IMG/VR virus record: IMGVR_UViG_3300042477_000802
Span: 62,001 to 121,933 of that record
Length of the DNA: 59,933 nt
Reading direction: 5' to 3' (one strand)
Source: an uncultured virus (IMG/VR IMGVR_UViG_3300042477_000802)
Lineage: Duplodnaviria > Heunggongvirae > Uroviricota > Caudoviricetes
The position numbers were made by a program, and so were the translations under genes. The stretch's first letter is position 1; each line of letters opens with the position of its first letter. The notes under the pieces are model-generated. The model made no database searches and was not told the DNA's origin. It saw only the letters and a program-made list of their open reading frames with translations. This document shows, piece after piece, positions 10,598 through 20,670 of the stretch.

Positions 10598-10816
10598 TTA
10601 TCCTTTATTTTGTTTAATAGTCGCTAACTCTTGAATTCGAGAATTTAATCTCGTGACAATCTTTTTAAGATCATTCTCACCAAGCCGTAAAGAAATAGAG
10701 GCTCCAGGATGATTAATCTTAATACTGGTAGTGTAATCATCATGATCAGTAATGCTCAGAATATCTTCACCATTGTCTTGAATAACAAATCTATTTTCAA
10801 TATTATATTGATGCAT
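10598..10816 (-). CDS. Hypothetical protein
   Basis: ORF in operon, GAGG RBS. Confidence 0.6.
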   Translation of the reverse strand: MHQYNIENRFVIQDNGEDILSITDHDDYTTSIKINHPGASISLRLGENDLKKIVTRLNSRIQELATIKQNKG

Positions 10817-10822
10817 TTTTCC

Positions 10823-11296
10823 TCAAGAAATGAGATTAATAATAGAAGAATGATCTTCCCCAATTACCACATGATCTAATAAAGTAATCTTTAGCACATG
10901 CGCAACCTTCATTAATTCCTGAGTAAAAAAAATATCTTCCGGACTAGGTCGAGAATTACCACTGGGATGGTTGTGAACCACAATTACTCCCCGAGCCCCC
11001 ACCACTAATGGCATCCGGAAAAAATCCGCCGCATAACAGGAAACTCCTCCCGGACCTCCCATCCCTACCTTAGTCGCATGCAAAATATGATTGCTCGCCG
11101 TCAAAGCTAAGACATGCAACTCCTCATGCAACAACTCTCTTAAAAAAGAGAAAGCTGCCGCCACATCTTCCGATCCCTGAATTGGATTGGACTTGACTGG
11201 TGACACAAACTTTTTGCTCCGCTTGACCTCTAACCAAGTCGGTAATTGCTGCTGCCAATAATCTGGAGAATTCTGAACCATCGATTGATATTGCAT
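10823..11296 (-). CDS. RadC-like JAB/MPN domain protein
   Basis: EELHVL, HNHPSG-x-SPED and LLDHVVIG motifs. Confidence 0.88.
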   Translation of the reverse strand: MQYQSMVQNSPDYWQQQLPTWLEVKRSKKFVSPVKSNPIQGSEDVAAAFSFLRELLHEELHVLALTASNHILHATKVGMGGPGGVSCYAADFFRMPLVVGARGVIVVHNHPSGNSRPSPEDIFFTQELMKVAHVLKITLLDHVVIGEDHSSIINLIS

Positions 11297-11325
11297 ATAT
11301 TTCCTAAGTAGATATATTATCGTTA

Positions 11326-11874
11326 ATGGCTTATTCTGAAATACAACTAAGACAAGCGATCCTAACTTCCACTTCTCGCAGAGAAGTATTACAAAAATTA
11401 GGACTAGTACCCGCCGGTGGCAATTACCAATCCCTTAATCGAGCCATTAAAAAATGGCACATCGATACCTCTCACCTAATCGGTCAAGCTTGGAGTCGAC
11501 ACCAAGCATTGGGATCAAAACGATCATTAAATGATTACCTCTCTAATCAACAAACAATTCAATCGTATAAATTGAAAAGGCGTCTGTTGTTAGAAGGAAT
11601 TTTCCCGCATCAATGCTCCAATTGCCAAAGAACAGAATGGCTAGACCAGCCCATTCCCTTGGAATTGGATCATATCAACGGCAATTCTCAAGATAATTCC
11701 TTGAGCAATTTGAGAATGCTATGCCCTAATTGTCATGCCTTAACGCCAACTTATCGGGGCAAGAATAAAAAAAGAGTGGCTCCACCCGGAGTCGAACCGG
11801 GACGCTCGTTAAGAGCGGCGGATTTTAAGTCCGCTCCGTCTGCCAATTCCGGCATGGAGCCATTGATTGAATAG
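11326..11874 (+). CDS. HNH homing endonuclease, opposite orientation to operon
   Basis: CSNC...LELDHING...DN...NLRMLCPNCH; 3' end overlaps tRNA-Leu antisense. Confidence 0.9.
   Translation: MAYSEIQLRQAILTSTSRREVLQKLGLVPAGGNYQSLNRAIKKWHIDTSHLIGQAWSRHQALGSKRSLNDYLSNQQTIQSYKLKRRLLLEGIFPHQCSNCQRTEWLDQPIPLELDHINGNSQDNSLSNLRMLCPNCHALTPTYRGKNKKRVAPPGVEPGRSLRAADFKSAPSANSGMEPLIE
11777..11861 (-). tRNA. tRNA-Leu(UAA), long variable arm
   Basis: GGCTCCA/TGGAGCC acceptor, GGAATTGGCAGAC D-region, GCGGA-CTTAAAA-TCCGC, variable arm CGCTC/GAGCG, GGTTCGACTCC. Confidence 0.93.
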
Positions 11875-12003
11875 ACTTATCGCCTATTCAATATCCCCCG
11901 AACATTAAGCTATCGGGGTCACTTAGCCGTTACTCTGCGGTCAAGCCCAGTTTTGGTAACCGTCACTGGGAGCATCTTCTTCTCCATATTGGAGAAAAAC
12001 TTG

Positions 12004-12201
12004 TTACTTCTGGTTCCAATCTTGAGGCAAGAAGCCTCCCTTAACCAGCCATTCATCCAATGCGATGACTCCTTCTACCAAGGCCAGAACATCTTCCTCG
12101 GAAAAGGAAGGAGACTGATCATTGGCTTGAGCCCGTTCTGAAGCACGTAACAAACGAAAAGCTTTGGAACGAAGATCTGTTAAAGTTTGATTAGGATCCA
12201 T
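12004..12201 (-). CDS. Hypothetical protein (MDPNQTL...ALDEWLVKGGFLP)
   Basis: Small ORF in operon; start moved to MDPN. Confidence 0.65.
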   Translation of the reverse strand: MDPNQTLTDLRSKAFRLLRASERAQANDQSPSFSEEDVLALVEGVIALDEWLVKGGFLPQDWNQK

Positions 12202-12247
12202 GTTTAAATCTCTTCTTTGAAGAGGCAAGTTAAACTTGCCTCAACAC

Positions 12248-12667
12248 TCACTTCTGAGGAATATCCGACCAGCGGCAGACTCCACCACCAGCACCCTTAC
12301 GAATGCCAAAAGTGCGAGTGCGAGGCGGCTCAGCTTCCTGAGTTACCTTCCCAGTCTGACGATCCTTCTTCTGCATCCGATCCGAGTTGTCATGAATATA
12401 TGCCTCAACCTTGGCCTTCAGGATGGCGAAATTGCCGTTCTGAGGATTGAGAGCCGACACGGCGGTGTTAACCAAGAATGGCATGCCAATATATCCAGTA
12501 TGCTGATCAAACACACGATGGACTTCGGCCGCAATAGTAGCCTCCTCCGTCTCTCGCTCAGCCTTATACTGAGCTAGAGTCGACTGGAATCCAGTCAGAG
12601 TAGCCTGGTCATCAACCTGACCGTCATTGTCAAACATCACCGGAACACTAATAGAAAAAGACGACAT
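12248..12667 (-). CDS. Hypothetical protein, paralog of 32258-32692
   Basis: Shared MSSFSI...YIHDN.DR..KKDR..G.V.Q.AEPPRTR.FGIR.G.GGG.CRWSD. Confidence 0.8.
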   Translation of the reverse strand: MSSFSISVPVMFDNDGQVDDQATLTGFQSTLAQYKAERETEEATIAAEVHRVFDQHTGYIGMPFLVNTAVSALNPQNGNFAILKAKVEAYIHDNSDRMQKKDRQTGKVTQEAEPPRTRTFGIRKGAGGGVCRWSDIPQK

Positions 12668-12839
12668 AATTATTTTGATTCTCCTGAAAAATTGAAACTC
12701 TCACTATCCCAGTCCCACGACATTGTGGAATCTGCTAGTTATCTAGATATTTAAGGATTCTAGCTTCCATGTAATAAGTTATAAGTTTAATGTTAAGTTA
12801 TAAGTTTAATTGCCCTCCGAGTCGTTGACGTCGGAGTCA

Positions 12840-12875
12840 CTACTAGGTGGCAGCGAAAAAATTTAGTCGCTGGGG
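12840..12875 (-). promoter_or_regulatory. Isolated copy of bipartite CCCAGCGACTAA-N15-CCTA element
   Basis: TTAGTCGCTGGG at 12863-12874, CCTAGTAGT at conserved spacing; sigma54-like TGGCACGGTTCGTGC on plus at 12884-12898. Confidence 0.7.
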
Positions 12876-12899
12876 CCGCCCTGTGGCACGGTTCGTGCT

Positions 12900-13301
12900 T
12901 TACATGCGTACTGTAACAGTTTCTTTATGTGGAACACGTACTGTAGGTATTAACGATTGATTAACTTCAATCATCTCAATGTTTGTAGGATTATTTACAG
13001 CCTTTAAACGACAATCAAAACAATGTTGATTGAAGATAAAGTTTTTTGTAAAATCGAGATCCCGCTCACGAGGATATTTATCAAATACTTTTTGGCACCA
13101 AGGACATCTTTGGTATCGATGTTTCCAAGTACCATGATAGAAAATTTGTATTTTCTGAAATGTTCGAGAAACAATTCGACGAAACTTATTCCAACCACTT
13201 AAGGTTGGAACAACCATAATCTTATGATCTCGATAAGGATGTATCGATTTTGGTACGATCTCTTTCACGATAAGCTTCGATCTGCGAACGTAATTCCGCA
13301 A
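12900..13301 (-). CDS. Hypothetical protein with CxxC pairs (start uncertain)
   Basis: CPWC...HCFDC; overlaps upstream ORF. Confidence 0.5.
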   Translation of the reverse strand: MRNYVRRSKLIVKEIVPKSIHPYRDHKIMVVPTLSGWNKFRRIVSRTFQKIQIFYHGTWKHRYQRCPWCQKVFDKYPRERDLDFTKNFIFNQHCFDCRLKAVNNPTNIEMIEVNQSLIPTVRVPHKETVTVRM

Positions 13302-14244
13302 TTACTTCAATAGCCTGAGTATGCAATGTTTTATAGCAGTGTAAATGCTCTTTATACACAGAAAGAGTTTTCGCCAATTCCTCACTTTGATGGCGATAAT
13401 GAGCCAATGAATTTTGTAAAGCGGAAATTAATTCACTTTGCTCGTTATTATCTGCCTTCTTAATGGAAGGTTGAGAAGAGGTTTTATTCTTCATCTCAGC
13501 GACTTTCTTTTTCCAATCGTTTTCAGAATATTCCTTATCTTCAAGGAACCATTGTTTATCTCCACTAGCAAATTCTACTGCTGGGCCATCTTCTCGATGT
13601 AGAAGATCATGAATCCACCACTCTTTACTTCCATCAGCCCATTCTATTGCTGGACCATCGTCTCGATGACGTTCACCATCAAGCCACCATTCTTTATCTC
13701 CATTATAAGCTTCTATTGCTGGGCCATCTTCTCGATGGAGACGATCATTCATCCTCCAATACTTACTGCCATTGGCATCTACTTCCATCACTGGTTGAAT
13801 ATGATTAGCTACTTTCTTATTAGAAAGTTTAGAGGTAGATTTCTTCTTCATAGCTTTGACTTTTTTCATCCAATCTGCCTGGGAATATTCTATACCTTCA
13901 AGGTACCAATATTTAGTTCCATCAGAAAATTCTAGAGCCGGGCCATCTTTTCGATGTAATTTACCATTAAGCCACCATTCTTTATATCTATTACCCCACT
14001 CTACGGCTGGACCATCTTCTCGATGTAATTTATCATGACGATACCATTCTTTATCTCCATTATCCCACTCTACAGCCGGACCATCTTCTCTATGGTACTT
14101 GTTATTCAGCTTCCAAATCTTGGTGCCATCCTTATCTACTTTCATCACAGGACGAGTAGAATTAGCTAACTTCTTCTTCAGAGAAGAAATCTTTTTAGTC
14201 GCTGGCTTTTTGATAGAGGATTTTTTGGTCGTTGTTTTTTTCAT
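13222..14244 (-). CDS. HREDGPA-repeat protein with Lys-rich N-terminus and C-terminal coiled coil
   Basis: Two repeat blocks; helical tail LISALQNSLAHYRHQ. Confidence 0.85.
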   Translation of the reverse strand: MKKTTTKKSSIKKPATKKISSLKKKLANSTRPVMKVDKDGTKIWKLNNKYHREDGPAVEWDNGDKEWYRHDKLHREDGPAVEWGNRYKEWWLNGKLHRKDGPALEFSDGTKYWYLEGIEYSQADWMKKVKAMKKKSTSKLSNKKVANHIQPVMEVDANGSKYWRMNDRLHREDGPAIEAYNGDKEWWLDGERHRDDGPAIEWADGSKEWWIHDLLHREDGPAVEFASGDKQWFLEDKEYSENDWKKKVAEMKNKTSSQPSIKKADNNEQSELISALQNSLAHYRHQSEELAKTLSVYKEHLHCYKTLHTQAIEVIAELRSQIEAYRERDRTKIDTSLSRS

Positions 14245-14290
14245 GTTTTATCTGGCGCCCAGAAAATTTGGATCCCCAAGATGATATATC

Positions 14291-14662
14291 TTATACTGCT
14301 TTGTGCTCTAATTCACCATACTCATAATATTCTTCACAAAAGACATGACCTTCGGCAGTTTGATACCACGCAGCAGGGCCATCCTCTCGATGTAATTGAC
14401 CATATACATGGTATTCATATGATCCCTCTGGCCACAAAACTGCCGGACCATCTAACCGATGCAATTGGCCGTATCGGAACCAAAATTGCGTTCCATCTTC
14501 AATAACCATAGCCGGACCATCTTCTCGATGATATTGGCCATTTAACTTCCAATGGGTAGTGCCATCCTGATCAGTATAGTTTTCTACCTGAGAGGTAGTC
14601 CAACATGGATCTGACCAAAACTCTAAATACTCTAAGTATTGAGGGTGGCTAGGATAAGTCAT
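14291..14662 (-). CDS. HREDGPA-repeat protein (divergent)
   Basis: 3 repeats. Confidence 0.8.
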   Translation of the reverse strand: MTYPSHPQYLEYLEFWSDPCWTTSQVENYTDQDGTTHWKLNGQYHREDGPAMVIEDGTQFWFRYGQLHRLDGPAVLWPEGSYEYHVYGQLHREDGPAAWYQTAEGHVFCEEYYEYGELEHKAV

Positions 14663-14834
14663 CTACTTCCTCCGGAAAATCATCTTCAAAATCTTCTGCC
14701 TTCAAATTGCGATGACTTTTAAGTCGTTTCTCTCGACGATCTCTCATCGGGCCAGCTTTGCGACCTTGATTAAGAAACATATCCTTAACTAGATGATTGC
14801 GAACCAAGTGACGCGGCTTAACCTTCTCACCCAC
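14649..14834 (-). CDS. Small basic/acidic hypothetical protein
   Basis: Translationally coupled ORF. Confidence 0.55.
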   Translation of the reverse strand: MGEKVKPRHLVRNHLVKDMFLNQGRKAGPMRDRREKRLKSHRNLKAEDFEDDFPEEVDDLS

Positions 14835-15075
14835 GAATTTCCTCCATTAGTTCCGGAATCCAATCCAAACATTTGGACATGGTCTCCGATTCAAACTTAA
14901 TCTCTCCACGAACCTTGATCACATAAGTCTTGTGAACAGGCTCCCAATGAATGGCGATATTCTTCCATCCCAAAGCTAATTGGCCTTGGTGAGTAAAATA
15001 TCCCCACTCAATGCCATGTAACACTAATGTACTAGGAATGCCTAGAGTATTAGTGCTAAATCTACGGACTAACAT
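14827..15075 (-). CDS. Hypothetical protein
   Basis: ORF in operon. Confidence 0.55.
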   Translation of the reverse strand: MLVRRFSTNTLGIPSTLVLHGIEWGYFTHQGQLALGWKNIAIHWEPVHKTYVIKVRGEIKFESETMSKCLDWIPELMEEIRG

Positions 15076-15082
15076 AGTTTAC

Positions 15083-16063
15083 CTACAGTTGACGGGCACG
15101 TTTAATATCACGCAACCGATCTAAAGTTCTCCAAGCATCAATAGTAGCCAAGGAAGTGTGCGGCATTCGATGCTCTAAATAAGGCAGAGCCGCTTCGACC
15201 TCTTGAAGTAAGAGGTTTAATTCTTCATCACTGAAAATATCAGCAGTTTCAAATTTTTTCCATACTTCCTGTCGATTAACAACAGCACCTAGCTGAGTCA
15301 TATCTGGTTTGTTTGTTTTCATAGCAGAGATTTTCTTTTGCCATTCTTCTTCCGAAAGCAACTGGCCATCAAGAAACCAGGATTTGGTTCCAAAACGAGT
15401 AACTATAGCTGGACCATCTTCTCGATGACGTTGACCATGACGATACCATTCTTGAGTTCCATCAGTAAATTCTCTTGCTGGACCATCTTCTCGATGGAGT
15501 TTACCATGAATCCACCACTCCTTATCTCCGTTAGGATTTTCCATTGAGGCGGGACCATCTTCTCGATGTAGTTTATCGTGAAGATACCAATATTGAGAAC
15601 CATCATCAAGTATGACGGCGGGACCATCTTCTCGATGGAGTTGGCCATTCAACTTCCATCGCTTAGTTCCATCTTTATCTACTTCCATTACGGGAAGTGA
15701 GGCAACAGGTAACTGAGTGTTAGTGTCAGAATTAATCTTATTCATAGCTTGAACTTTTTCTTTCCATTCTTCTTGAGTGTATTTTTGATCTCGAAGCCAC
15801 CACTCTTTATACCCACTAACCAATTCTACAGCGGGACCATCTTCTCGATGACATTTGCCATGAAGATACCATTCTTTAGATCCATTAGGCCATTCTATGG
15901 CAGGCCCACCTTCTCGATGTAATTTACCATGAATACACCATGATTTACTTCCATCAACATATTCTACCGCTGAGCCATCTTCTCGATGTAAGAGACCATT
16001 CCAATGCCACTCTTTATGAGTGGTAAAGAGTTTAACACGATATGCACGATATGACTTAGTCAT
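15083..16063 (-). CDS. HREDGPA-repeat protein with unrelated C-terminal helical domain
   Basis: Two repeat blocks plus unique tail. Confidence 0.85.
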   Translation of the reverse strand: MTKSYRAYRVKLFTTHKEWHWNGLLHREDGSAVEYVDGSKSWCIHGKLHREGGPAIEWPNGSKEWYLHGKCHREDGPAVELVSGYKEWWLRDQKYTQEEWKEKVQAMNKINSDTNTQLPVASLPVMEVDKDGTKRWKLNGQLHREDGPAVILDDGSQYWYLHDKLHREDGPASMENPNGDKEWWIHGKLHREDGPAREFTDGTQEWYRHGQRHREDGPAIVTRFGTKSWFLDGQLLSEEEWQKKISAMKTNKPDMTQLGAVVNRQEVWKKFETADIFSDEELNLLLQEVEAALPYLEHRMPHTSLATIDAWRTLDRLRDIKRARQL

Positions 16064-17844
16064 TAAGTAATTTCCTTAAACACTCGCGGCCATCCTCACA
16101 TAAAGAGGCTTCCGACAAATTCAATCTGGGCCGGAATCCGATTCGATTCAATCGAGCAAAAATGCGATATGGCTTCGACCATTGCCCAGTATGGTATAGA
16201 CTGGCATACACATAATAGGCTTCACAAATTGCTAATCGATTCATGATCGAATCTGAATTCCTTGAGCAAGTGCCCATTGATAATCAATGGATGAGATGTT
16301 CACCATTTAACTGGTTAAAATGCCGCTTATTAAATGTCGCGGGTTTGACATAAGATTCTACGGAATCTGCATATCGACTGATCCAATCTTGGATAGTATA
16401 TGTTCCTTCAGGAAACTGATATTTTTTCATCCATTACTCCGCAGGAGTGGCTTGCAATAAGCAAAGCCGATGTCTCTTAGGATGGACCATCAATCTAGTG
16501 AGTGGTCCATAATATCCACATTCGTACTCTGTGTCTTGGCCTTTAGATTTGATTTCTTTTAAGAATTGACATTTTGAAAGGCACTTGTCTTGATCTTCAA
16601 GATCAATTGGAATATGTACCACTGGTAAACGAAACATGATCATGTTAATTTCCTAATTAAAAAGGAATTCTGATGCCACTAACGGTATGCCTAACTGGCG
16701 GTCCCCATCCATGAGCCAAAGCGAGTAATACCCATTCCGGAGTTAATTTACGGAAAGCTTTCTCTCCCACTTTCTCAGCCTCTAAACATGCCTTCAAGGC
16801 AGATATTTGATTTCCAGTGCGATCAGTTACTTCTCCGCACCAATCACGAACCCTCATCTCCCAGTGAAACACGCCTTCCGACAAATTAACAGTTAACGTA
16901 ATATTCATCGGTATGATACGTACAGCCGATAGTTTCTTCTTAGCTGCTAAGTGATCTGATAGCTGACACACCCAAGGTGAATAATTCAAAGACTTAGGGT
17001 TCCAAGGATACTTGGTTCCCGAAGGCGCGGAATAATCTTGCTCTCGACTCATCTTTAATACTTTCCTTCACGACAAGTATGACCGCATTCACGATTACAC
17101 TCCGACTCATGACAATAATCATGACAGGTAGAATGACACCAAGTCTCAAACTGAACCGGAGCACTCAAACTCCTATCTTGAAAATAAACCTGTGATTGCT
17201 CTCGATTCATCCCTTCAAGAATATATTCAACTACCTTCCCATACACTATTCGATAGATCAACGGATCAGGAGAGGACTTTCCTTCTTGCCAATGAAGAAT
17301 TGGCCTCTGAGAGACTGACAATAAGTCAGACATTTCGGTCTGACTCATGTAATGTCCCAACACAACCATCATTTGCTGAAATTCAACCTCTGATTGAAGA
17401 GAGAAAAACTTCTCTTCCAACAAAGTTAGTAACTTAGTAGTGTCATTCACGGCTGGTTTTCCAAACGCTCACACAAATAGGTGAGATCCTGACTTCCTTT
17501 GCGAGTCGGAAACACACAGCCTTCTACCATGTGTTCCGGTGTAGGTCGCAAAGTAGACACCAAACATCCCGACAAGAACAAAAAAACACCAACTCCATTT
17601 CATGGAAGCTTTACTCCTTCAAAACGATCAGTTTGAATTCAAAACCTGGAGGAAAATCTGTCAAACGATTGTTTTCAGGATCTTCTAAATCACACACTAA
17701 CACCGACATCTGTCCATCTGAGACCATCATTCCATCTCGTAACTGACTGAGAGTGATGCCTAACTCTTCTGCTTTAGCACACAGTTCCTCAAACTTCAAG
17801 CGCAAAGGATGAGTCTCACTCAAACGTAACTTAGTTGCTTCCAT
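16056..17844 (-). CDS. Run of small hypothetical genes (16056-16244, 16434-16643, 16657-17052, 17055-17450, 17611-17844)
   Basis: Closely packed minus-strand ORFs; 17055-17450 has an HTH-like MSQTEMSDLLSVSQRPILHWQEG segment. Confidence 0.55.
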
Positions 17845-17852
17845 ATTTACCT

Positions 17853-19304
17853 CTAAACGTAAGCCCGTGGTTGCTGACTTGATTCTTCCATCTCCATCGC
17901 TTCAGAATCAGTAGTCTGAATCCGAATCTGAGAAGTAGGTAATTCCATCACCTGAGTCATCATCGGAGTTAACAACGCGGTCAACTCTTGAATGACTTCA
18001 TTTCCCATCACTGCCACACTATCAATCGCCCATTCATTAGCTAAAGCTGTGGCTCTCGGGTCTTCCTTCAGTTGAGGCAGAGACCTAAAACTCCAGGCTA
18101 ACACCTGTTGAATAAAGGCTAAACCCCACTCGGTGGACATCATCTCTTCGGCCGAAATGAGCCAACTCTTCTTCACTTTCTTAGCCTTCAAGAAGGCGAG
18201 CAAAGCGGTGCGAGCGGTTTTGGGAATAGTCTTAGCGGCGACTCGAAAAGTCCCTTGAGACAAATCTGATTTAAGATGGTCACTGACCGAGGTTGATTGG
18301 GCCAACATCTCAGTCCTTTTCATCTTGTTTACTTCTTTCTGCCAATCAGCCTCACTATATTTAGTACCATGAAGATACCAATATTTACGTCCATCAATAT
18401 ACTCTAATGCTGGCCCATCCTCTCGATGGAGTTTACCATGACGACACCACCATTTATTGCCCTCTGCATACTCTATTGCTGGGCCATCTTCTCGATGGAG
18501 CTTTCCATGAAGCCACCACTCTTTATATCCATCAGGCCATTCTACTGCTGGACCATCTTCTCGATGTCGTTTGCCATGCAGCTTCCATTCTTTAGTATCA
18601 TGTCGGCATTTGCCTACTTCCATCACCGGTTGAGTAGAGTCAACCTTAGTAGTAGGAGTAGAGGCAGTTTTCTTTTTCATGGCAGCTACTTCCCTCTTCC
18701 ACTCAGCCTCAGTATAAAAGATATCTTGTAGATACCACCTTTTATTTCCAGAAATAAATTCTATGGCCGGACCATCTTCTCGATGTCGTTGACCATGAAG
18801 CCACCACTCTTTAGTTCCATCAGTATATTCTAATGCTGGACCACCTTCTCGATGAAGTCGGCCATTAAACTTCCAGCTCTTAGTTCCATTAACATCTACT
18901 TCCATCACGGGTTGAGTAGAGTCAGACTTCGAGGAAGACACAGAGGTAGATGAAGCTTTCTTCATGGCCGCGACTTTCTTCTTCCACTCAGTCTCAGTGT
19001 ATTCTTTACCATGAAGGTACCACCATTTATCTCCATTAGCATATTCTACTGCCGGACCATCTTCTCGATGGCGTTGATCATGAAGATACCATTCTTTACT
19101 TCCATCAGCCCACTCTATGGCTGGACCATCTTCTCGATGAAATTTATTATGAAGATACCAATATTTAGTGCCATCAGTCAATTCTATGGCTGGACCATCT
19201 TCTCGATGAAATTGGAAATTCATGGTCCAGTACTTATGACCATCTTTATTTATGGTCATCTCTGGTTGAGTTGGAGCAGCAGCGTTTAAACAGTTAGTTG
19301 TCAT
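17853..19304 (-). CDS. HREDGPA-repeat protein with shared C-terminal domain
   Basis: Three repeat blocks plus SDLSQGTFRVAAKTIPKTAR domain; start moved to MTTNCL. Confidence 0.87.
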   Translation of the reverse strand: MTTNCLNAAAPTQPEMTINKDGHKYWTMNFQFHREDGPAIELTDGTKYWYLHNKFHREDGPAIEWADGSKEWYLHDQRHREDGPAVEYANGDKWWYLHGKEYTETEWKKKVAAMKKASSTSVSSSKSDSTQPVMEVDVNGTKSWKFNGRLHREGGPALEYTDGTKEWWLHGQRHREDGPAIEFISGNKRWYLQDIFYTEAEWKREVAAMKKKTASTPTTKVDSTQPVMEVGKCRHDTKEWKLHGKRHREDGPAVEWPDGYKEWWLHGKLHREDGPAIEYAEGNKWWCRHGKLHREDGPALEYIDGRKYWYLHGTKYSEADWQKEVNKMKRTEMLAQSTSVSDHLKSDLSQGTFRVAAKTIPKTARTALLAFLKAKKVKKSWLISAEEMMSTEWGLAFIQQVLAWSFRSLPQLKEDPRATALANEWAIDSVAVMGNEVIQELTALLTPMMTQVMELPTSQIRIQTTDSEAMEMEESSQQPRAYV

Positions 19305-19306
19305 GA

Positions 19307-19489
19307 TTAGCCTGGCGTCTGGGTTGGAACATTCAAACACGTTGATCCATATTGCTCGACCAATAAATCATAGGCCACTTCCCAGTCACTCTCGCTGACT
19401 GGATAAGCTCCCAAAGAACACAAAAACTCATCCACCCACACCAAGACAGACCCTCTCTTGAGCAGATCAATCTTGTCAGAAGATAACAT
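19307..19489 (-). CDS. Small hypothetical protein
   Basis: Resembles 28572-28760 (G.PVSE..W..AYD). Confidence 0.55.
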   Translation of the reverse strand: MLSSDKIDLLKRGSVLVWVDEFLCSLGAYPVSESDWEVAYDLLVEQYGSTCLNVPTQTPG

Positions 19490-19490
19490 C

Positions 19491-20219
19491 TTAAATCTCT
19501 AACACCTTAGACCAGTCAAACTTGGCGTTCTCCCCAAATCGGGCCACTCCAAATGGATTGCAAACTACCTCCGTCTCCCCAATCTGATAATGGAAAGACC
19601 CATGGGTATGTCCATGTAACCAGTATCGTGGCTTCCTCTCTCGAATCAATGGCTCTTGCTCACACACAAAAAACCGATTCAGAGGACTATTCTTGAATTC
19701 CTTCAACACCGAACGATGACTCGGTAAGTAATGCGTAATCACCACATCACCTTCCTTCATCTCTCGTTGAAAAAAATTCAACGCCTTCTCGTTCTCCTGA
19801 TAGACCCAGGAGGCTAACCCCGTAATGTGAAGAAAATCTCCCATGTTCGAGTAATACCTCGCATTGGTCGGATGATCCACATACCACATCGGAGTCCCAA
19901 GAAATCTCACTCTTTCTAGCTCGACCACCGAATTATCTAACCAGTGGAGATTGCTATGCAAATCTACCACTCGTTGAGTTTCATTCAGTAATTGCGCTCG
20001 GGTAGAACCATAAAACTCATGGTTTCCATGAACATACAGGACTTGCGAATATCGATCCGCAAAAAATCCTAACGTCTTCTCCATGATACTACGAGTCGTA
20101 ATATCTCCGGCTAACACACAGACGTCTACCTGGTCGCCCGTAGGTAAGGAAGAAACTAAGGAGGCCCCCTGATCTGCCTGGAATTCAGTATGTAAATCAC
20201 TCACTAATAACAGTTTCAT
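19491..20219 (-). CDS. Calcineurin-like metallophosphoesterase
   Basis: SDLH, LAGDI, GNHE, VITHY, HGHTH motifs. Confidence 0.9.
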   Translation of the reverse strand: MKLLLVSDLHTEFQADQGASLVSSLPTGDQVDVCVLAGDITTRSIMEKTLGFFADRYSQVLYVHGNHEFYGSTRAQLLNETQRVVDLHSNLHWLDNSVVELERVRFLGTPMWYVDHPTNARYYSNMGDFLHITGLASWVYQENEKALNFFQREMKEGDVVITHYLPSHRSVLKEFKNSPLNRFFVCEQEPLIRERKPRYWLHGHTHGSFHYQIGETEVVCNPFGVARFGENAKFDWSKVLEI

Positions 20220-20248
20220 AGCAGATCCTTATCTATTGGTTGATCCAC

Positions 20249-20321
20249 TGGTAGAATGAAGAAGATTCGCACTTCTTTCGCTCTCAAGCGAGCTTCTAGG
20301 CGGTGTCAAGACACCCATTCT
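20249..20321 (-). ncRNA. tRNA-like RNA, family B copy 1 (encoded CCA, no canonical anticodon arm)
   Basis: AGAATGG/TCATTCT-A-CCA, T-arm AGAAG-TGCGAAT-CTTCT, two internal hairpins. Confidence 0.65.
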
Positions 20322-20328
20322 ATTTATA

Positions 20329-20670
20329 TCAAGAATTAAGCCGATTGACTCTCAGTTCGGCCAAGGCCAACTCATCCCACTTTTCTGGACTGTTATTCTC
20401 TAACTCAAAGAGAGCTTCCATCCCCTCTTCATCAGATTCTGAACATTCCGCATACACTTCATAGTAAGTGGTAAAGTCATGCGGCGAACCCTTCACTTTG
20501 AGTCGAACACTCTGCGGCAAATCTTGCCCCATTTTCTCTCGGTAATGCCTCTTCAATTGAGAGGCAAATACCTGACACTCCTGTCGTGCACGAGAAGAGT
20601 AATCGGCCTCAATCGTTTGCACACACTCCTCTCCCCACGGAGAACTACCAATCGGAATCTGATACCTCAT
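20329..20670 (-). CDS. Hypothetical protein
   Basis: IGSSPWGEECVQ...PHDFTTYYEV; coupled ORF. Confidence 0.7.
   Translation of the reverse strand: MRYQIPIGSSPWGEECVQTIEADYSSRARQECQVFASQLKRHYREKMGQDLPQSVRLKVKGSPHDFTTYYEVYAECSESDEEGMEALFELENNSPEKWDELALAELRVNRLNS

Noticed and set aside
11900..11995. Twister-like fragments (GGTTAC, GCAGAGTAAC) upstream of tRNA-Leu
   Set aside because: Lacks the UAA cleavage-site context and the AAGC pseudoknot strand; hairpins are present but no ribozyme call is supportable without a covariance search.
14193..14205. Near match TTTAGTCGCTGGC to the phage motif
   Set aside because: Lies inside a CDS (encodes KPATKK), has a last-base mismatch and no CCTA box.
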